Origin: a virus | Lineage: Duplodnaviria; Heunggongvirae; Uroviricota; Caudoviricetes | Direction: 5' to 3' (one strand) | DNA length: 64,000 nucleotides | Virus record (IMG/VR): IMGVR_UViG_3300032295_004069 | Part shown: positions 8,515-17,417 of the stretch, piece after piece | How positions within the stretch are numbered: the first letter of the stretch is position 1 | Layout: every line of letters begins with the position of its first letter | Position numbers and translations under genes: made by a program | The notes under the pieces: generated by a model | The model's database searches: none | What the model was told of the DNA's origin: nothing | What the model saw: the letters and a program-made list of their open reading frames with translations, nothing else

Positions 8515-9171
8515 TTATATAATTGAACTTAATGTGTCTTTAATTTGTCGGGCCAGTTTTGCAAGGTCCCCTTTATTAATAGTGTTGACCAATGTTTGAT
8601 ATTTGTCCCCCAATTGTTTTTCATGACTTTTGAGTGTTGATAACGCACTTGTTTTGTTTCCTGTGATTAAATCCCAAATCAAACCCAATGTGGTTTGTGG
8701 AGGAAATACATTCACTATAAGTTTTACAACATCAATACCAATTTCCCCGATATTATAAGCAACACCCAATGGAGTTTGTTCACTCAAATTTTGTTCTTCA
8801 ATAACTCTTTTAACAATTTTAGTAGAATCAGATTCCGTAAGTTTATTTCTCTTTTTACTTTCACCAAGTAAACCAATCAAATCTTCTTTTGATTTACCTC
8901 TATAACTTGTGCAATAAATTATATCTCTTTCAGGTCTTTCACCATAAAGTGATTCCGCACTCATGTGGTTGATACCTTCACAATCTATAGATTCAAAATT
9001 ATTTATAATATCTCTTAGTTGAGAATTTCTTGTATCTTTAATTCTCATTTCAAATTCGTCAGGTTCATAACTTGGTTCACTTCTTCTGAACTCACCTGCA
9101 AATTGTTCCTTCATAACTCTTTTAACGATTTTAGTTAAATCAGATTCAGTTAGTTTAATTATCTTTTTCAT
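8515..9171 (-). CDS. leader-family protein carrying two copies of the KLTESDLTKIVKRVIxEQ motif (N-terminal and internal, about aa 110-127)
   Basis: ATG at 9171; the internal repeat KRNKLTESDSTKIVKRVIEEQ is encoded near 8790-8850, suggesting fusion of two tandem paralogs or a polyprotein-like arrangement. Confidence 0.6.
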   Translation of the reverse strand: MKKIIKLTESDLTKIVKRVMKEQFAGEFRRSEPSYEPDEFEMRIKDTRNSQLRDIINNFESIDCEGINHMSAESLYGERPERDIIYCTSYRGKSKEDLIGLLGESKKRNKLTESDSTKIVKRVIEEQNLSEQTPLGVAYNIGEIGIDVVKLIVNVFPPQTTLGLIWDLITGNKTSALSTLKSHEKQLGDKYQTLVNTINKGDLAKLARQIKDTLSSII

Positions 9172-9172
9172 A

Positions 9173-9496
9173 TTATTGTTTTGGACTTGTATCTTTTAAT
9201 TGTTCAAATGTGGGAAGAACAACACCCGTGATTTTCTTTGAATTCAAATCATCTTGGACAAGTTTAATTACTTGAGGATATAGTTGAGCAGAATCTTTTC
9301 CCTCAGCCCCCTTACTTGTTACAATCTCACTTGTAGTTTGATTAATTACTTTGATATCAACTCTACAACTACCGAAGAAACAAAACTTTGTCCCCATGGA
9401 AATATAAGTTGGAGATGATGGTTGAGATTGTTCTTTAATAACCCTTTTAACTATTTTAGTTAAATCAGATTCAGTTAGTTTAATTATCTTTTTCAT
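9173..9496 (-). CDS. leader-family small protein (MKKIIKLTESDLTKIVKRVIKEQ)
   Basis: ATG at 9496; the first ~70 nt are nearly identical to the 5' end of 8515..9171 (recent duplication). Confidence 0.6.
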   Translation of the reverse strand: MKKIIKLTESDLTKIVKRVIKEQSQPSSPTYISMGTKFCFFGSCRVDIKVINQTTSEIVTSKGAEGKDSAQLYPQVIKLVQDDLNSKKITGVVLPTFEQLKDTSPKQ

Positions 9497-9497
9497 A

Positions 9498-9815
9498 TTA
9501 AAACATTTCTTGTTTAATTGTAAATTCAGGATGAATATCCAATTCAGAGTTTATCCATCTTAATATATAAGTTTTAGTTTCGTGTTCGGATATTCCAAAT
9601 AAGTCAGACATTGAAGAAACATATTGTTCATCAAACGCAATTCCAATTTTACCATACACATCTTTAAGAACAAACACGGGAGTATCTCCAATACCCCACC
9701 AAGTATATTCTTCACCCTCAATCTCTTGGGAATGAGATTCAATATTTTCCAACGAATCATTAAGATAATTTGTTATCAAACTTTCAAATCTCGATTCAGA
9801 TATAATGTATTTCAT
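9498..9815 (-). CDS. hypothetical small protein (MKYIISESRFESL)
   Basis: ATG at 9815 preceded by the TATTTATTGAAAT motif. Confidence 0.55.
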   Translation of the reverse strand: MKYIISESRFESLITNYLNDSLENIESHSQEIEGEEYTWWGIGDTPVFVLKDVYGKIGIAFDEQYVSSMSDLFGISEHETKTYILRWINSELDIHPEFTIKQEMF

Positions 9816-9885
9816 ATTTCAATAAATATCCCAAAAATTTTTAAATAAAAAAACCCCCTTCTTTTCAGAAGAGGGTCTTGTTTAT
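9816..9885. repeat. intergenic unit duplicated at 10604-10675 (TATTTATTGAA start context + CCAAAAATTTTTAAAT + terminator CCCCCTTCTTTTCAGAAGAGGGTC)
   Basis: The two copies are near-identical over about 60 bp when read from the sequence. Confidence 0.6.
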
Positions 9886-9895
9886 AGAAATTTAT

Positions 9896-10603
9896 TTATG
9901 TTCGTTTAGGTAACTTAGCCTTTGATAAACTCGATGATACCGCATTGAAAAAACCTGGCTTTGTTGGTGTTTTAGGTGTAGGTTGTGTTGCCGCCATATT
10001 CATCGCAGTATTTTCAGCTTTTACTTGAATACCCGTTTTTGAAAGGTCCATCAGTTTTTTATGGGTTGCTGGGTCTTCTACCTTCGCAACCACCTTTGAT
10101 GCTAAATTTTTAACAACATTATTTGTTTCTTGTTTGATTAATTCTTTATTGAGATTAATCCCAGTAACCACCCCCTGTTCAACAGCATTTAGAGGTGCCT
10201 GACTAAAAAGTTTAGACGCTAATGCCTGCATTCCTTTTTGACCTAATTGTTTCACTCCAGGTATTTTCGAAATTACCGTACCGATGCCAGGTAATAAAGC
10301 AAAAAATGCGGCCACTCCAGCTTCACTGTTCTTACCTTCTTTATAGTATATCCCCGCATCTGCTAATCCAATACCCGTAGAAATAAATGGTCCAAGTAAA
10401 GGAATAAAGGCAGTACCAAATTGCATTATTTGATTTATATAATGTGGATTTTCATTATAATAGTCACTCATTACTTTTTGAACTTTAGACGCTTGACTAA
10501 GACTCATAGAACCACCTGGACCATATCCAAATGATTGTTCCTCAATAACTTTTTTAACTATTCGATTCAAATCAGATTCCGTGAGTTTAATTATCTTTTT
10601 CAT
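9896..10603 (-). CDS. leader-family protein (MKKIIKLTESDLNRIVKKVIEEQ) with FIPLLGPFISTGIGLADAGIYYKEG block
   Basis: The track start at 10621 adds MGYLLN upstream, but the ATG at 10603 sits directly after TATTTATTGAAT and matches the family N-terminus. Confidence 0.6.
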   Translation of the reverse strand: MKKIIKLTESDLNRIVKKVIEEQSFGYGPGGSMSLSQASKVQKVMSDYYNENPHYINQIMQFGTAFIPLLGPFISTGIGLADAGIYYKEGKNSEAGVAAFFALLPGIGTVISKIPGVKQLGQKGMQALASKLFSQAPLNAVEQGVVTGINLNKELIKQETNNVVKNLASKVVAKVEDPATHKKLMDLSKTGIQVKAENTAMNMAATQPTPKTPTKPGFFNAVSSSLSKAKLPKRT

Positions 10604-10634
10604 ATTCAATAAATACCCCAAAAATTTTTAAATG

Positions 10635-10664
10635 AAAAAACCCCCTTCTTTTCAGAAGAGGGTC
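10635..10664 (-). terminator. rho-independent terminator, copy 2 of the repeated unit
   Basis: aaaaaacccccttcttttcagaagagggtc. Confidence 0.65.
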
Positions 10665-10686
10665 TTGTTTTATAAATTCTCATAGG

Positions 10687-11199
10687 TTATTTAACCACGA
10701 TTCTTCTGAGAGGGTTTGCAATATTGTTCCACTCAATTTCTATATCAATATCACCATCCAAGTCATCGAACAAATTATTATATGCTTGGTTATATGTTTT
10801 TACTGTAGAACAAAATGATGTAACATCTTTGAAAGAGTTGAATACATTATATATTGTTTGTTCATCGGTTCCAGCTCCTGTAATTGCGTTGTACAATTCC
10901 TGTGCTTGTTTTTTTGATTGAGGTGTTATAGGTGCCTGACTTTTATTACAAAGACTCATAAACTCTTTTACTTTTACGTCTGAATTACCAGCCCCTCTGA
11001 AAATTGTTGCAGCCGCCGCAGCTAATCCACCTACCGCAGCACCAACTACATTACCAACACCAGGTACCACACTTCCTACAAGTGCTCCACTTCCCGCACC
11101 AGCTGCAATCTGTCCAAGAACATCTTTTGTCTGTTCTTTTATAACTTTGGAAACAATTCTTTCCAAGTCTGACTCCGTTAGTCTTATAATTTTTCTCAT
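10687..11199 (-). CDS. leader-family protein (MRKIIRLTESDLERIVSKVIKEQ) with Gly/Ala-rich glycine-zipper segment
   Basis: Family motif begins at the internal ATG 11199, which is preceded by a TATTTATAAT motif; the track's 5' extension to 11397 crosses into the DnaA-box/G-tract region. GAGSGALVGSVVPGVGNVVGAAVGGLAAAAA is membrane-active-like. Confidence 0.55.
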   Translation of the reverse strand: MRKIIRLTESDLERIVSKVIKEQTKDVLGQIAAGAGSGALVGSVVPGVGNVVGAAVGGLAAAAATIFRGAGNSDVKVKEFMSLCNKSQAPITPQSKKQAQELYNAITGAGTDEQTIYNVFNSFKDVTSFCSTVKTYNQAYNNLFDDLDGDIDIEIEWNNIANPLRRIVVK

Positions 11200-11280
11200 T
11201 TTAAATTTGTTTATTATAAATACTCCAAAAAAGGACAATTTTTTCCCAAAAATTTTTTTTGCGTTACCCAAGGTATTATC

Positions 11281-11412
11281 CCCCCCAAACTGACGTTTTG
11301 TCCTATAGTAAGGGGGGATACGGGGGGAGGGGCCCCCACCTAGGGGGGTATACCCCCATGCCAGAGGGGGGTTATGTGGATAAATAGTTATCCCCACCTC
11401 CCCTGTGGATAA
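11281..11412. promoter_or_regulatory. cluster of DnaA boxes (TGTGGATAA at ~11375-11383 and ~11404-11412; TTATCCCCA at ~11388-11396) with G-tracts G6-ATAC-G6-A-G4...G6 (11312-11370) and a 16-bp direct repeat TGACGTTTTGTCCTAT (11291, 11435)
   Basis: Read directly; TGTGGATAA is the reverse complement of the consensus DnaA box TTATCCACA. Confidence 0.45.
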
Positions 11413-11445
11413 ATAAATTTGGTTATTTAATTATGACGTTTTGTC

Positions 11446-11928
11446 CTATGTACTTTTCGAGAAGACTGCATCTTCAGGGACATCCATATTCTTAAGGACA
11501 AACTCCCCGACCACAAAGGTTCTGTCTTTGTTTAACTTAAGGTCCTGTGGAATGGCGGGGGACTTGGCAACTGCTTTCATTGTGTCTTCTATCTCCTCCT
11601 GTATTGGGGTTGTCTCATCACGTGGGACATCATATACGGTTGTGAGATAAGATGTTCTATATGAGTATGGTCCTTCGGCTTTTAGATAACCACTAAAGTA
11701 TACTTTCATGTAGAAGTTAAATGGCCACCCCTCCATTTGTTGTAGTAGAAAGGGGTCGATGACTATGGGTAAAAAGATTAGTCCCCAGTTATTTATCTCC
11801 TCATCCGAGGGGACCAATATGTCGACAATCCATGGGAACTCACGTCTAAGGATTTTCTTTATGAGTTTGAACTCATAAGAATCCTCCACTTCCTTTTGGG
11901 TCACCTGAATGTTTGGGGCTACGGGCAT
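11446..11928 (-). CDS. hypothetical protein
   Basis: ATG at 11928; 160 aa; no recognisable motif. Confidence 0.45.
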   Translation of the reverse strand: MPVAPNIQVTQKEVEDSYEFKLIKKILRREFPWIVDILVPSDEEINNWGLIFLPIVIDPFLLQQMEGWPFNFYMKVYFSGYLKAEGPYSYRTSYLTTVYDVPRDETTPIQEEIEDTMKAVAKSPAIPQDLKLNKDRTFVVGEFVLKNMDVPEDAVFSKST

Positions 11929-11989
11929 TGAAAATAAATTTGTTTAATTGATAAATAGTAACGACCTTTGTTAATTAAAATAACATAAT

Positions 11990-12124
11990 ATGAAAAAGTT
12001 CATTAAAGCTGTGATTGTTGGGTACGTGGTCCTTTGGGGAATTCAGTGGTTGAAAGACCTGTTCCGTGATGAGAACATTAATAACGTTGATGACCTGAAA
12101 AGAATCATTAAGGAGAAGTTATAA
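11990..12124 (+). CDS. small membrane protein, 44 aa (MKKFIKAVIVGYVVLWGIQWLKDL...)
   Basis: Below the ORF-track size cutoff; single TM helix plus charged tail; lies in the strand-switch region. Confidence 0.3.
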   Translation: MKKFIKAVIVGYVVLWGIQWLKDLFRDENINNVDDLKRIIKEKL

Positions 12125-12145
12125 CCCCGACACGCCAGAGAAGGG

Positions 12146-12442
12146 TCATAGACCTGCCTCTGTAATTCTCTTTCTACACTCTTGAATAATCTGAGCTGGG
12201 GTGATGGACTCGTCTTTTGTATAGAGTCCTTCCACCTTGGCATCTACGCATGCCCATGCATTTAGACCTATGGGTTTTCTTACGTACCCTCTTTTAGCCT
12301 TCTCGAAATATAATATCCCTAAACTCTCAGTCAGGTTCCCCACCTTGAAGAGCACTTCTACTGAACATCGCTCGGGGGTAATCAGTGTTATATCATACGA
12401 CAGTTTGGCGGATGTATTGACGTTAGGAGATTCCATACCCAT
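12146..12442 (-). CDS. hypothetical protein
   Basis: ATG at 12442; 98 aa; GC-richer than surrounding sequence. Confidence 0.35.
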   Translation of the reverse strand: MGMESPNVNTSAKLSYDITLITPERCSVEVLFKVGNLTESLGILYFEKAKRGYVRKPIGLNAWACVDAKVEGLYTKDESITPAQIIQECRKRITEAGL

Positions 12443-12512
12443 AAAACATAGTTACGGAACATATAAAAATAAAGGGTGGGGAAAAATACTTTTCCACCTG
12501 ACGATATGTCTG

Positions 12513-12536
12513 TGTGGATAAATAAAGTTATTCACA
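12513..12536. promoter_or_regulatory. inverted DnaA-box pair TGTGGATAA-ATAAAG-TTATTCACA
   Basis: Perfect DnaA box facing a 1-mismatch box; lies in the 12.45-13.15 kb region that has no convincing ORF. Confidence 0.45.
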
Positions 12537-13102
12537 TGGGGTTTGGGGATAAGTTTTTTTGAATCGGACAAAAAGTCAGGGGAGCTTTGGATGGGGGATA
12601 ATCCCCTCGACCCATTTTCCCCCACTTTTTCACACCACTGTCTCCCACATTTTCCCACCGAAATGGTCATGCAGATAGTGAAAACCCCACTTTTTCCCCC
12701 CTCACGGTATCAGGAAGACCAGTTTTTTACTATGTATGTTTATTAGCAAAAAAAGGATGATTAAGTATAAAGAGCGGGGAGTGAACGTAGTGAACCTTAA
12801 GTAGTGTTTTATTACCTTCAACGAGATGGACATTCATTGTCCCCAAGCGTACAGACACCTCATATGGTGGTAAAATGTGGGGATAGTTTAGGATATCTAA
12901 TTAAGACCGTAGGTATATTATAATATCCTGTTGTACCCATATTATAAATTCATGTCGAAAAAATCATTTAGTTTCATCACGAAGTGTTGTCTTATGATGA
13001 TTTGCTATACATGAACATAATATCACCATCTCATTTGTCTTCTCACTTAGGTGGGGACCGTCTATTAGGTGGGGAAGATTGGACAACAAATGAGTGAATG
13101 GA

Positions 13103-13143
13103 GGGAGACACCGAACCGAAAGGTGAGGTTGTCCTTGTCTCCC
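13103..13143 (+). promoter_or_regulatory. hairpin GGGAGACA...TGTCTCCC (8-bp stem, loop containing CCGAACCGAAAGG) in the 5' leader of the plus-strand operon
   Basis: About 50 nt upstream of ATG 13193. Confidence 0.35.
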
Positions 13144-13192
13144 GAAGTGAACGAATTTGATGGGTAATCTTATCCCTGTTATATTTATGAAT

Positions 13193-13504
13193 ATGAAGTA
13201 CATTATCACAGAGGTACAATATGATAGACTATTAAATCAGTATTCACTCATATGGGTAAGACGAAGATATGATTTGGTAAGAGAATCGTTAATAGAAACC
13301 TATGACCTTATGAAATCTTCTATTTGTAGAATTGATGATTATGAAAGTTTTGAAAAGGAATTCTTTCATGTAATGATGGAGTGTCTTCATCATCATTATT
13401 ATGTGGATGAGGTTTTTGATTATGGTAGTGTACTTGAGATATTAACTGATTTGTTCTATGTTGAATGCACCGAGTTTTATTTTAAGGGTCGTTCTAAATG
13501 TTAA
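13193..13504 (+). CDS. hypothetical small protein (MKYIITEVQYDRLL)
   Basis: Internal ATG at 13193 preceded by TATATTTATGAAT; the track's 12-codon 5' extension is unlikely. Confidence 0.5.
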   Translation: MKYIITEVQYDRLLNQYSLIWVRRRYDLVRESLIETYDLMKSSICRIDDYESFEKEFFHVMMECLHHHYYVDEVFDYGSVLEILTDLFYVECTEFYFKGRSKC

Positions 13505-13549
13505 TTCCCCCCATATATATTCTGAATTTATTTCCGTATATTTGCGGTT

Positions 13550-13837
13550 ATGATGAGAAAGGTTATACACACGGTTTTGGATATAACATACGAGGGTCTT
13601 GTGATAGAACGTGAGACATATAACCTTGTAGATAAATGGATGGAGACGTTCACTGTTAAAGGTGGAGGTGATATAATGACTTTCTCTAATTACTATAACG
13701 GTAAAGGTGTGCACTACCGCGTGAACTCTTTTCTTGAGAAAAAGATTAGAGCATATACTGACCTTCACTACGACTTTATTTGTATCCACGTTCTTGATTG
13801 GTGCCGTAGAAGAACAATGGAGACTGTTGAGATGTAA
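13550..13837 (+). CDS. hypothetical small protein
   Basis: ATG at 13550. Confidence 0.45.
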   Translation: MMRKVIHTVLDITYEGLVIERETYNLVDKWMETFTVKGGGDIMTFSNYYNGKGVHYRVNSFLEKKIRAYTDLHYDFICIHVLDWCRRRTMETVEM

Positions 13838-13881
13838 ATGAACAGACAAGGATTACTTGAGGGTTGGATATTTATTTTATT

Positions 13882-14139
13882 ATGGATAATGGTCTCAGCA
13901 AAATTATTAAATCCCTCATATTACCACAGTTTCCGTGGTTACAGGGGTTTGATATTAAAATAGTAGGTGATAGATTATATGAGGTGATTTATTATCCTAA
14001 GTCAAGTTATTTGGGTTTGTTTACTGTTACCCCCGAGTTTAAAGATGTGGAAGAAATGACCCATAGTGTTTTTACAATGCTCGGTCTTAAAGATAAAGTA
14101 TTAATCAACGTACAATTTAAAAATAGAACAAATTGGTAA
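13882..14139 (+). CDS. small protein, tandem paralog 1 (MDNGLSKIIKSLILPQF...)
   Basis: Track start at 13864 is TTG; ATG at 13882. Shares the LILPQF/IIVPQY/LILPKY, VG and MLGL positions with the next two genes. Confidence 0.5.
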   Translation: MDNGLSKIIKSLILPQFPWLQGFDIKIVGDRLYEVIYYPKSSYLGLFTVTPEFKDVEEMTHSVFTMLGLKDKVLINVQFKNRTNW

Positions 14140-14390
14140 GCCTAAAAGATAAGTTAAAAAGAGTTTGTGAGAGTATCATTGTACCTCAGTATAATGAACT
14201 TGAATCTGCTGATGTAAGAATTGTTGGTGGTGCTTTTGATATATTCTTTTATGAGGTTACATATTATTTTACCCCGCCACTTGATAAGGACACAAGAGTT
14301 GATATCATGGAAGAAACAATAACCATGTTTAATATGGTGTCTATGGAAAAAGGAAGTGACTTAACTATTGTATTTAAAAGGAAAGAATGA
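14133..14390 (+). CDS. small protein, tandem paralog 2 (start codon uncertain, TTG at 14133)
   Basis: Paralogous to 13882 and 14387. Confidence 0.45.
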   Translation: MVSLKDKLKRVCESIIVPQYNELESADVRIVGGAFDIFFYEVTYYFTPPLDKDTRVDIMEETITMFNMVSMEKGSDLTIVFKRKE

Positions 14391-14674
14391 GAGACATAAT
14401 TATAAATCTTATTGAGAAACTTATCCTCCCGAAATATGATTTGATAGGATATCATGTTGTTGGTACTAATGACTTTAGAAACTCAGGTTATGGTAAGGAT
14501 GACTATGGATATACCATAAGATATGATTTTGAGAATCTTCCGAGGGGTACATCTGACCAAGTGGTTAAAGATATTGTTGATGATACCACCACGTTTTTGA
14601 GAATGCTTGGTCTTCATGGTATTAGTCACACAAAACTTGCTAACTCCGTGTTTATTGAAGCGATTGAGTCTTAA
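14387..14674 (+). CDS. small protein, tandem paralog 3 (MRDIIINLIEKLILPKY)
   Basis: ATG at 14387, overlapping the previous stop by 4 nt. Confidence 0.5.
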   Translation: MRDIIINLIEKLILPKYDLIGYHVVGTNDFRNSGYGKDDYGYTIRYDFENLPRGTSDQVVKDIVDDTTTFLRMLGLHGISHTKLANSVFIEAIES

Positions 14675-14683
14675 TCAACTATT

Positions 14684-14965
14684 TTATTTGTTGTTATCAA
14701 AAACCAATACAACCTTTTTTCTCCACCCATCAGGTATTGTCCCCCTCTGTAAATTCTTGATTGCATAAATCGCATCAGATTCTGTGTCGAACTTAATTGG
14801 AACATCATAACAATCCCCCATTCCGCATATACTTTCTCTTATACTAACCCACTTGTCCCACCACAGGAACTTTCCCTTTTTCTGTATTGTGTAATGTTCT
14901 CTTTCTATATCACACTTCTCATAATAAGTGTGCTTAAGAACTCTATATATCGGTAACTTTTTCAT
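14684..14965 (-). CDS. hypothetical protein (MKKLPIYRVLKH...)
   Basis: Track start at 14971 is TTG; ATG at 14965. Confidence 0.45.
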   Translation of the reverse strand: MKKLPIYRVLKHTYYEKCDIEREHYTIQKKGKFLWWDKWVSIRESICGMGDCYDVPIKFDTESDAIYAIKNLQRGTIPDGWRKKVVLVFDNNK

Positions 14966-15025
14966 GAACAAATTTTAGTAAATTTGTTGTTCTCGTAAAG
15001 TTCTATTTTTAACTATTTATATTAC

Positions 15026-15412
15026 ATGAGATACATTATCACGCAATCACAACTTCATACACTCGTTTATTCATATTTGGATGAAATGTTTTCTAATGAA
15101 GACTTTGAGAGAAAAATCAACGAATATGATAAGAGTGGAAATACTTGGAGAATTCATATGAATGATGATAGCGGTAATGAAAAGATTGTCTATTTTTGGT
15201 TCGGACCTGGTGAAGATGATGATGGTAATCCACATAATGGTACAGGTAGTTTACATGTTCACCCCGATGTTGCCGACTTTATAAGAAATACATTCTCGAT
15301 TAGACAAGGAAAAGCTCTCGACATCATCGGTGATTGGGTAAGCGAAAAGTTTGATGTGGATATTGATGAGGTTGATATCTATCCTACCAGAAAAAGTCCC
15401 CCTAATTATTAA
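15026..15412 (+). CDS. hypothetical protein (MRYIITQSQLHTLVYSYLD)
   Basis: ATG at 15026 after CTATTTATATTAC; ITES-type N-terminus. Confidence 0.5.
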   Translation: MRYIITQSQLHTLVYSYLDEMFSNEDFERKINEYDKSGNTWRIHMNDDSGNEKIVYFWFGPGEDDDGNPHNGTGSLHVHPDVADFIRNTFSIRQGKALDIIGDWVSEKFDVDIDEVDIYPTRKSPPNY

Positions 15413-15465
15413 CATTATTCATAATAAGTTAATATTTGTCTTGTTAGAATTTTCTATTTATTGTA

Positions 15466-16164
15466 ATGATAAAAGATATTCTAACCATTGTAATCCCTTG
15501 TAAAAACGAAAGGGATTTGATTTCATTTACGTTGAAGTATTTGGATAAACAAATCAACATCCACGGGACGAAGGTAATCATCGCTGATTCATCAGATGAC
15601 CTTACAAGAGAAATAATTAACAACACCTATTGTCCCCATCTCAACGTTGAAATAATTGACGGAGGTTTCCCATCTGTAGCAAGAAACAATGGAGCAAAAC
15701 TTGTTGATACACCATATGTTCTTTTCTTGGATGCAGATATTTTCTTACATGATAATGAGACAATAGATAACTCTTTGAATTATATGATTAATAATTCACT
15801 TTATCTTGTTACTTGTAGATTCCGAACTCGTGGGAAATATTCATTGGTCTTCCCTATATTTGAATGGTTCAGAGATTTTTATTCTCATCACCTGCCATGT
15901 GCAATTGGTGGTTTTATGATGTTCGATAAAGAAGTTTTTGATAAACTTGGAGGTTTTATTAATGAGGATTTATTTGCCGAAGACTTTCATCTATCTTCAA
16001 AAGTTCACCCATCAAAATTTGGAGTTCATAATAAAAAAATATATACCACAGATAGAAGGTTCAAGAAAAAAGGTTTGTGGTACATGCTAAAAATGGCGGT
16101 TCTTTCTGCTGTTAATAAAGACAATCCTGAGTTTTTTAAAAATGAACACAATTACTGGGTATAA
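15466..16164 (+). CDS. family-2 glycosyltransferase
   Basis: IVIPCKNE...ADSSDD...FLDADI: GT-A fold signatures with the DxD motif. Confidence 0.75.
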   Translation: MIKDILTIVIPCKNERDLISFTLKYLDKQINIHGTKVIIADSSDDLTREIINNTYCPHLNVEIIDGGFPSVARNNGAKLVDTPYVLFLDADIFLHDNETIDNSLNYMINNSLYLVTCRFRTRGKYSLVFPIFEWFRDFYSHHLPCAIGGFMMFDKEVFDKLGGFINEDLFAEDFHLSSKVHPSKFGVHNKKIYTTDRRFKKKGLWYMLKMAVLSAVNKDNPEFFKNEHNYWV

Positions 16165-16900
16165 AGTTGTTATCATGTCCGACCTTCACCTCGGAATGAA
16201 AGATAGCTCACCAAAAAAGATATTGGAATTTTTAAATTCCATCGAAACGGAACTTCTGATTCTAAACGGAGATATCATTGATATTGATGCTCTTAAACGT
16301 GGCAGCAAGTGGAAAAACAAACATACAAAAGTCTTAATGAAAATATTGGATATAAGTCGTCACACAGAAGTTATATATATCCGCGGAAATCATGATAATG
16401 ATTTGGAAGACTTATTTGAATTTGATTTGGGTAATATAAAGTTCGTTGAGGATTATACCTATTATCAAAGTGTATGGTTAGGTGAAGATGATAACTTCGG
16501 TACCAAGAAAGTTTTTGTATTCCACGGTGATAAAATAGATGTGACCGTTAAATATAAATTCTTATCTTACATAGGCTCCGTGGGTTATGATATTGCTCTT
16601 CGTGTTAATACTTGGTACAATGATTATAGAAATAAAATGGGTAAACCTTATTTTTCTATATCTAAAATTATCAAGGAAAATGTTAAAGATGCTATTAGTT
16701 TTATCAATGATTTTGAAGTTAACGCTTGTGAATATGCAAAAACAAAAAACGCAGATATTGTTGTTTGTGGTCACATCCATATTCCGTCAATAAAAAAAAT
16801 TAATGGGGTAACTTATTATAACTCAGGAGATTGGGTCGAAAATTTCTCCGCACTTGTTCTTACTAAAGAAAACAAGTGGGAATTGATTACTCTTTCTTGA
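16142..16900 (+). CDS. calcineurin-like metallophosphoesterase
   Basis: MSDLHLG, GDIIDI, GNHDN, GHIHIP motifs; the true start may be M12 (MSDLHLG). Confidence 0.75.
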   Translation: MNTITGYKVVIMSDLHLGMKDSSPKKILEFLNSIETELLILNGDIIDIDALKRGSKWKNKHTKVLMKILDISRHTEVIYIRGNHDNDLEDLFEFDLGNIKFVEDYTYYQSVWLGEDDNFGTKKVFVFHGDKIDVTVKYKFLSYIGSVGYDIALRVNTWYNDYRNKMGKPYFSISKIIKENVKDAISFINDFEVNACEYAKTKNADIVVCGHIHIPSIKKINGVTYYNSGDWVENFSALVLTKENKWELITLS

Positions 16901-16965
16901 TAATAAAAAACCCCCACCATTTCTGATGAGGGTCTCCCTTCGGTAGCGTTCCGTTAGGAAAAAAG

Positions 16966-17340
16966 TTATTGTTTGTCGAAGGTTAGTGTTATATCCCCAC
17001 CATCTTCGAATTCATTCCATGCTAAAAGTGTTTCACCACCATTTGCTGTCTGTGTCCACGAGTTACCGTTTGCCACTGCAGTCATCTTAATTGTTTGGTC
17101 ATTATCTGCCATCCATCCTCTATCTACATAAACTCCTGCTTCAGGACCAAAAGATAGATTACCTTGCATATACCATACGTTTGGTGTTACCCAAAATAGT
17201 AATGACTTGGTGTTATGAACTTCTTGTGATGACCAAGATGTTTCTGAGTTCGGACCAACGGTTGTATTACCAGGACCTACACCATCTACAGTTAGATTGT
17301 AGTCAGTGTTGTTTTTAATTGTTACGTTTGCTTGCCACAT
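16966..17340 (-). CDS. hypothetical Trp/Asn/Gly-rich protein, possible carbohydrate-binding beta-sandwich
   Basis: ATG at 17340; composition only. Confidence 0.35.
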   Translation of the reverse strand: MWQANVTIKNNTDYNLTVDGVGPGNTTVGPNSETSWSSQEVHNTKSLLFWVTPNVWYMQGNLSFGPEAGVYVDRGWMADNDQTIKMTAVANGNSWTQTANGGETLLAWNEFEDGGDITLTFDKQ

Positions 17341-17417
17341 ATGTTTTTTTCAATAAATAGTTCTGAAAATTTTGTTCTTATGAATCCATTTTTTATTTTT
17401 GTGGAAAATATACATAT

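Noticed and set aside
12452-13209. ORFs 12452..12670, 12543..12746 and 12964..13209 in the strand-switch region
   Set aside because: Mutually overlapping, His/Pro/Trp-rich, no start motifs, and they overlap DnaA boxes and repeats; treated as non-coding origin-like DNA
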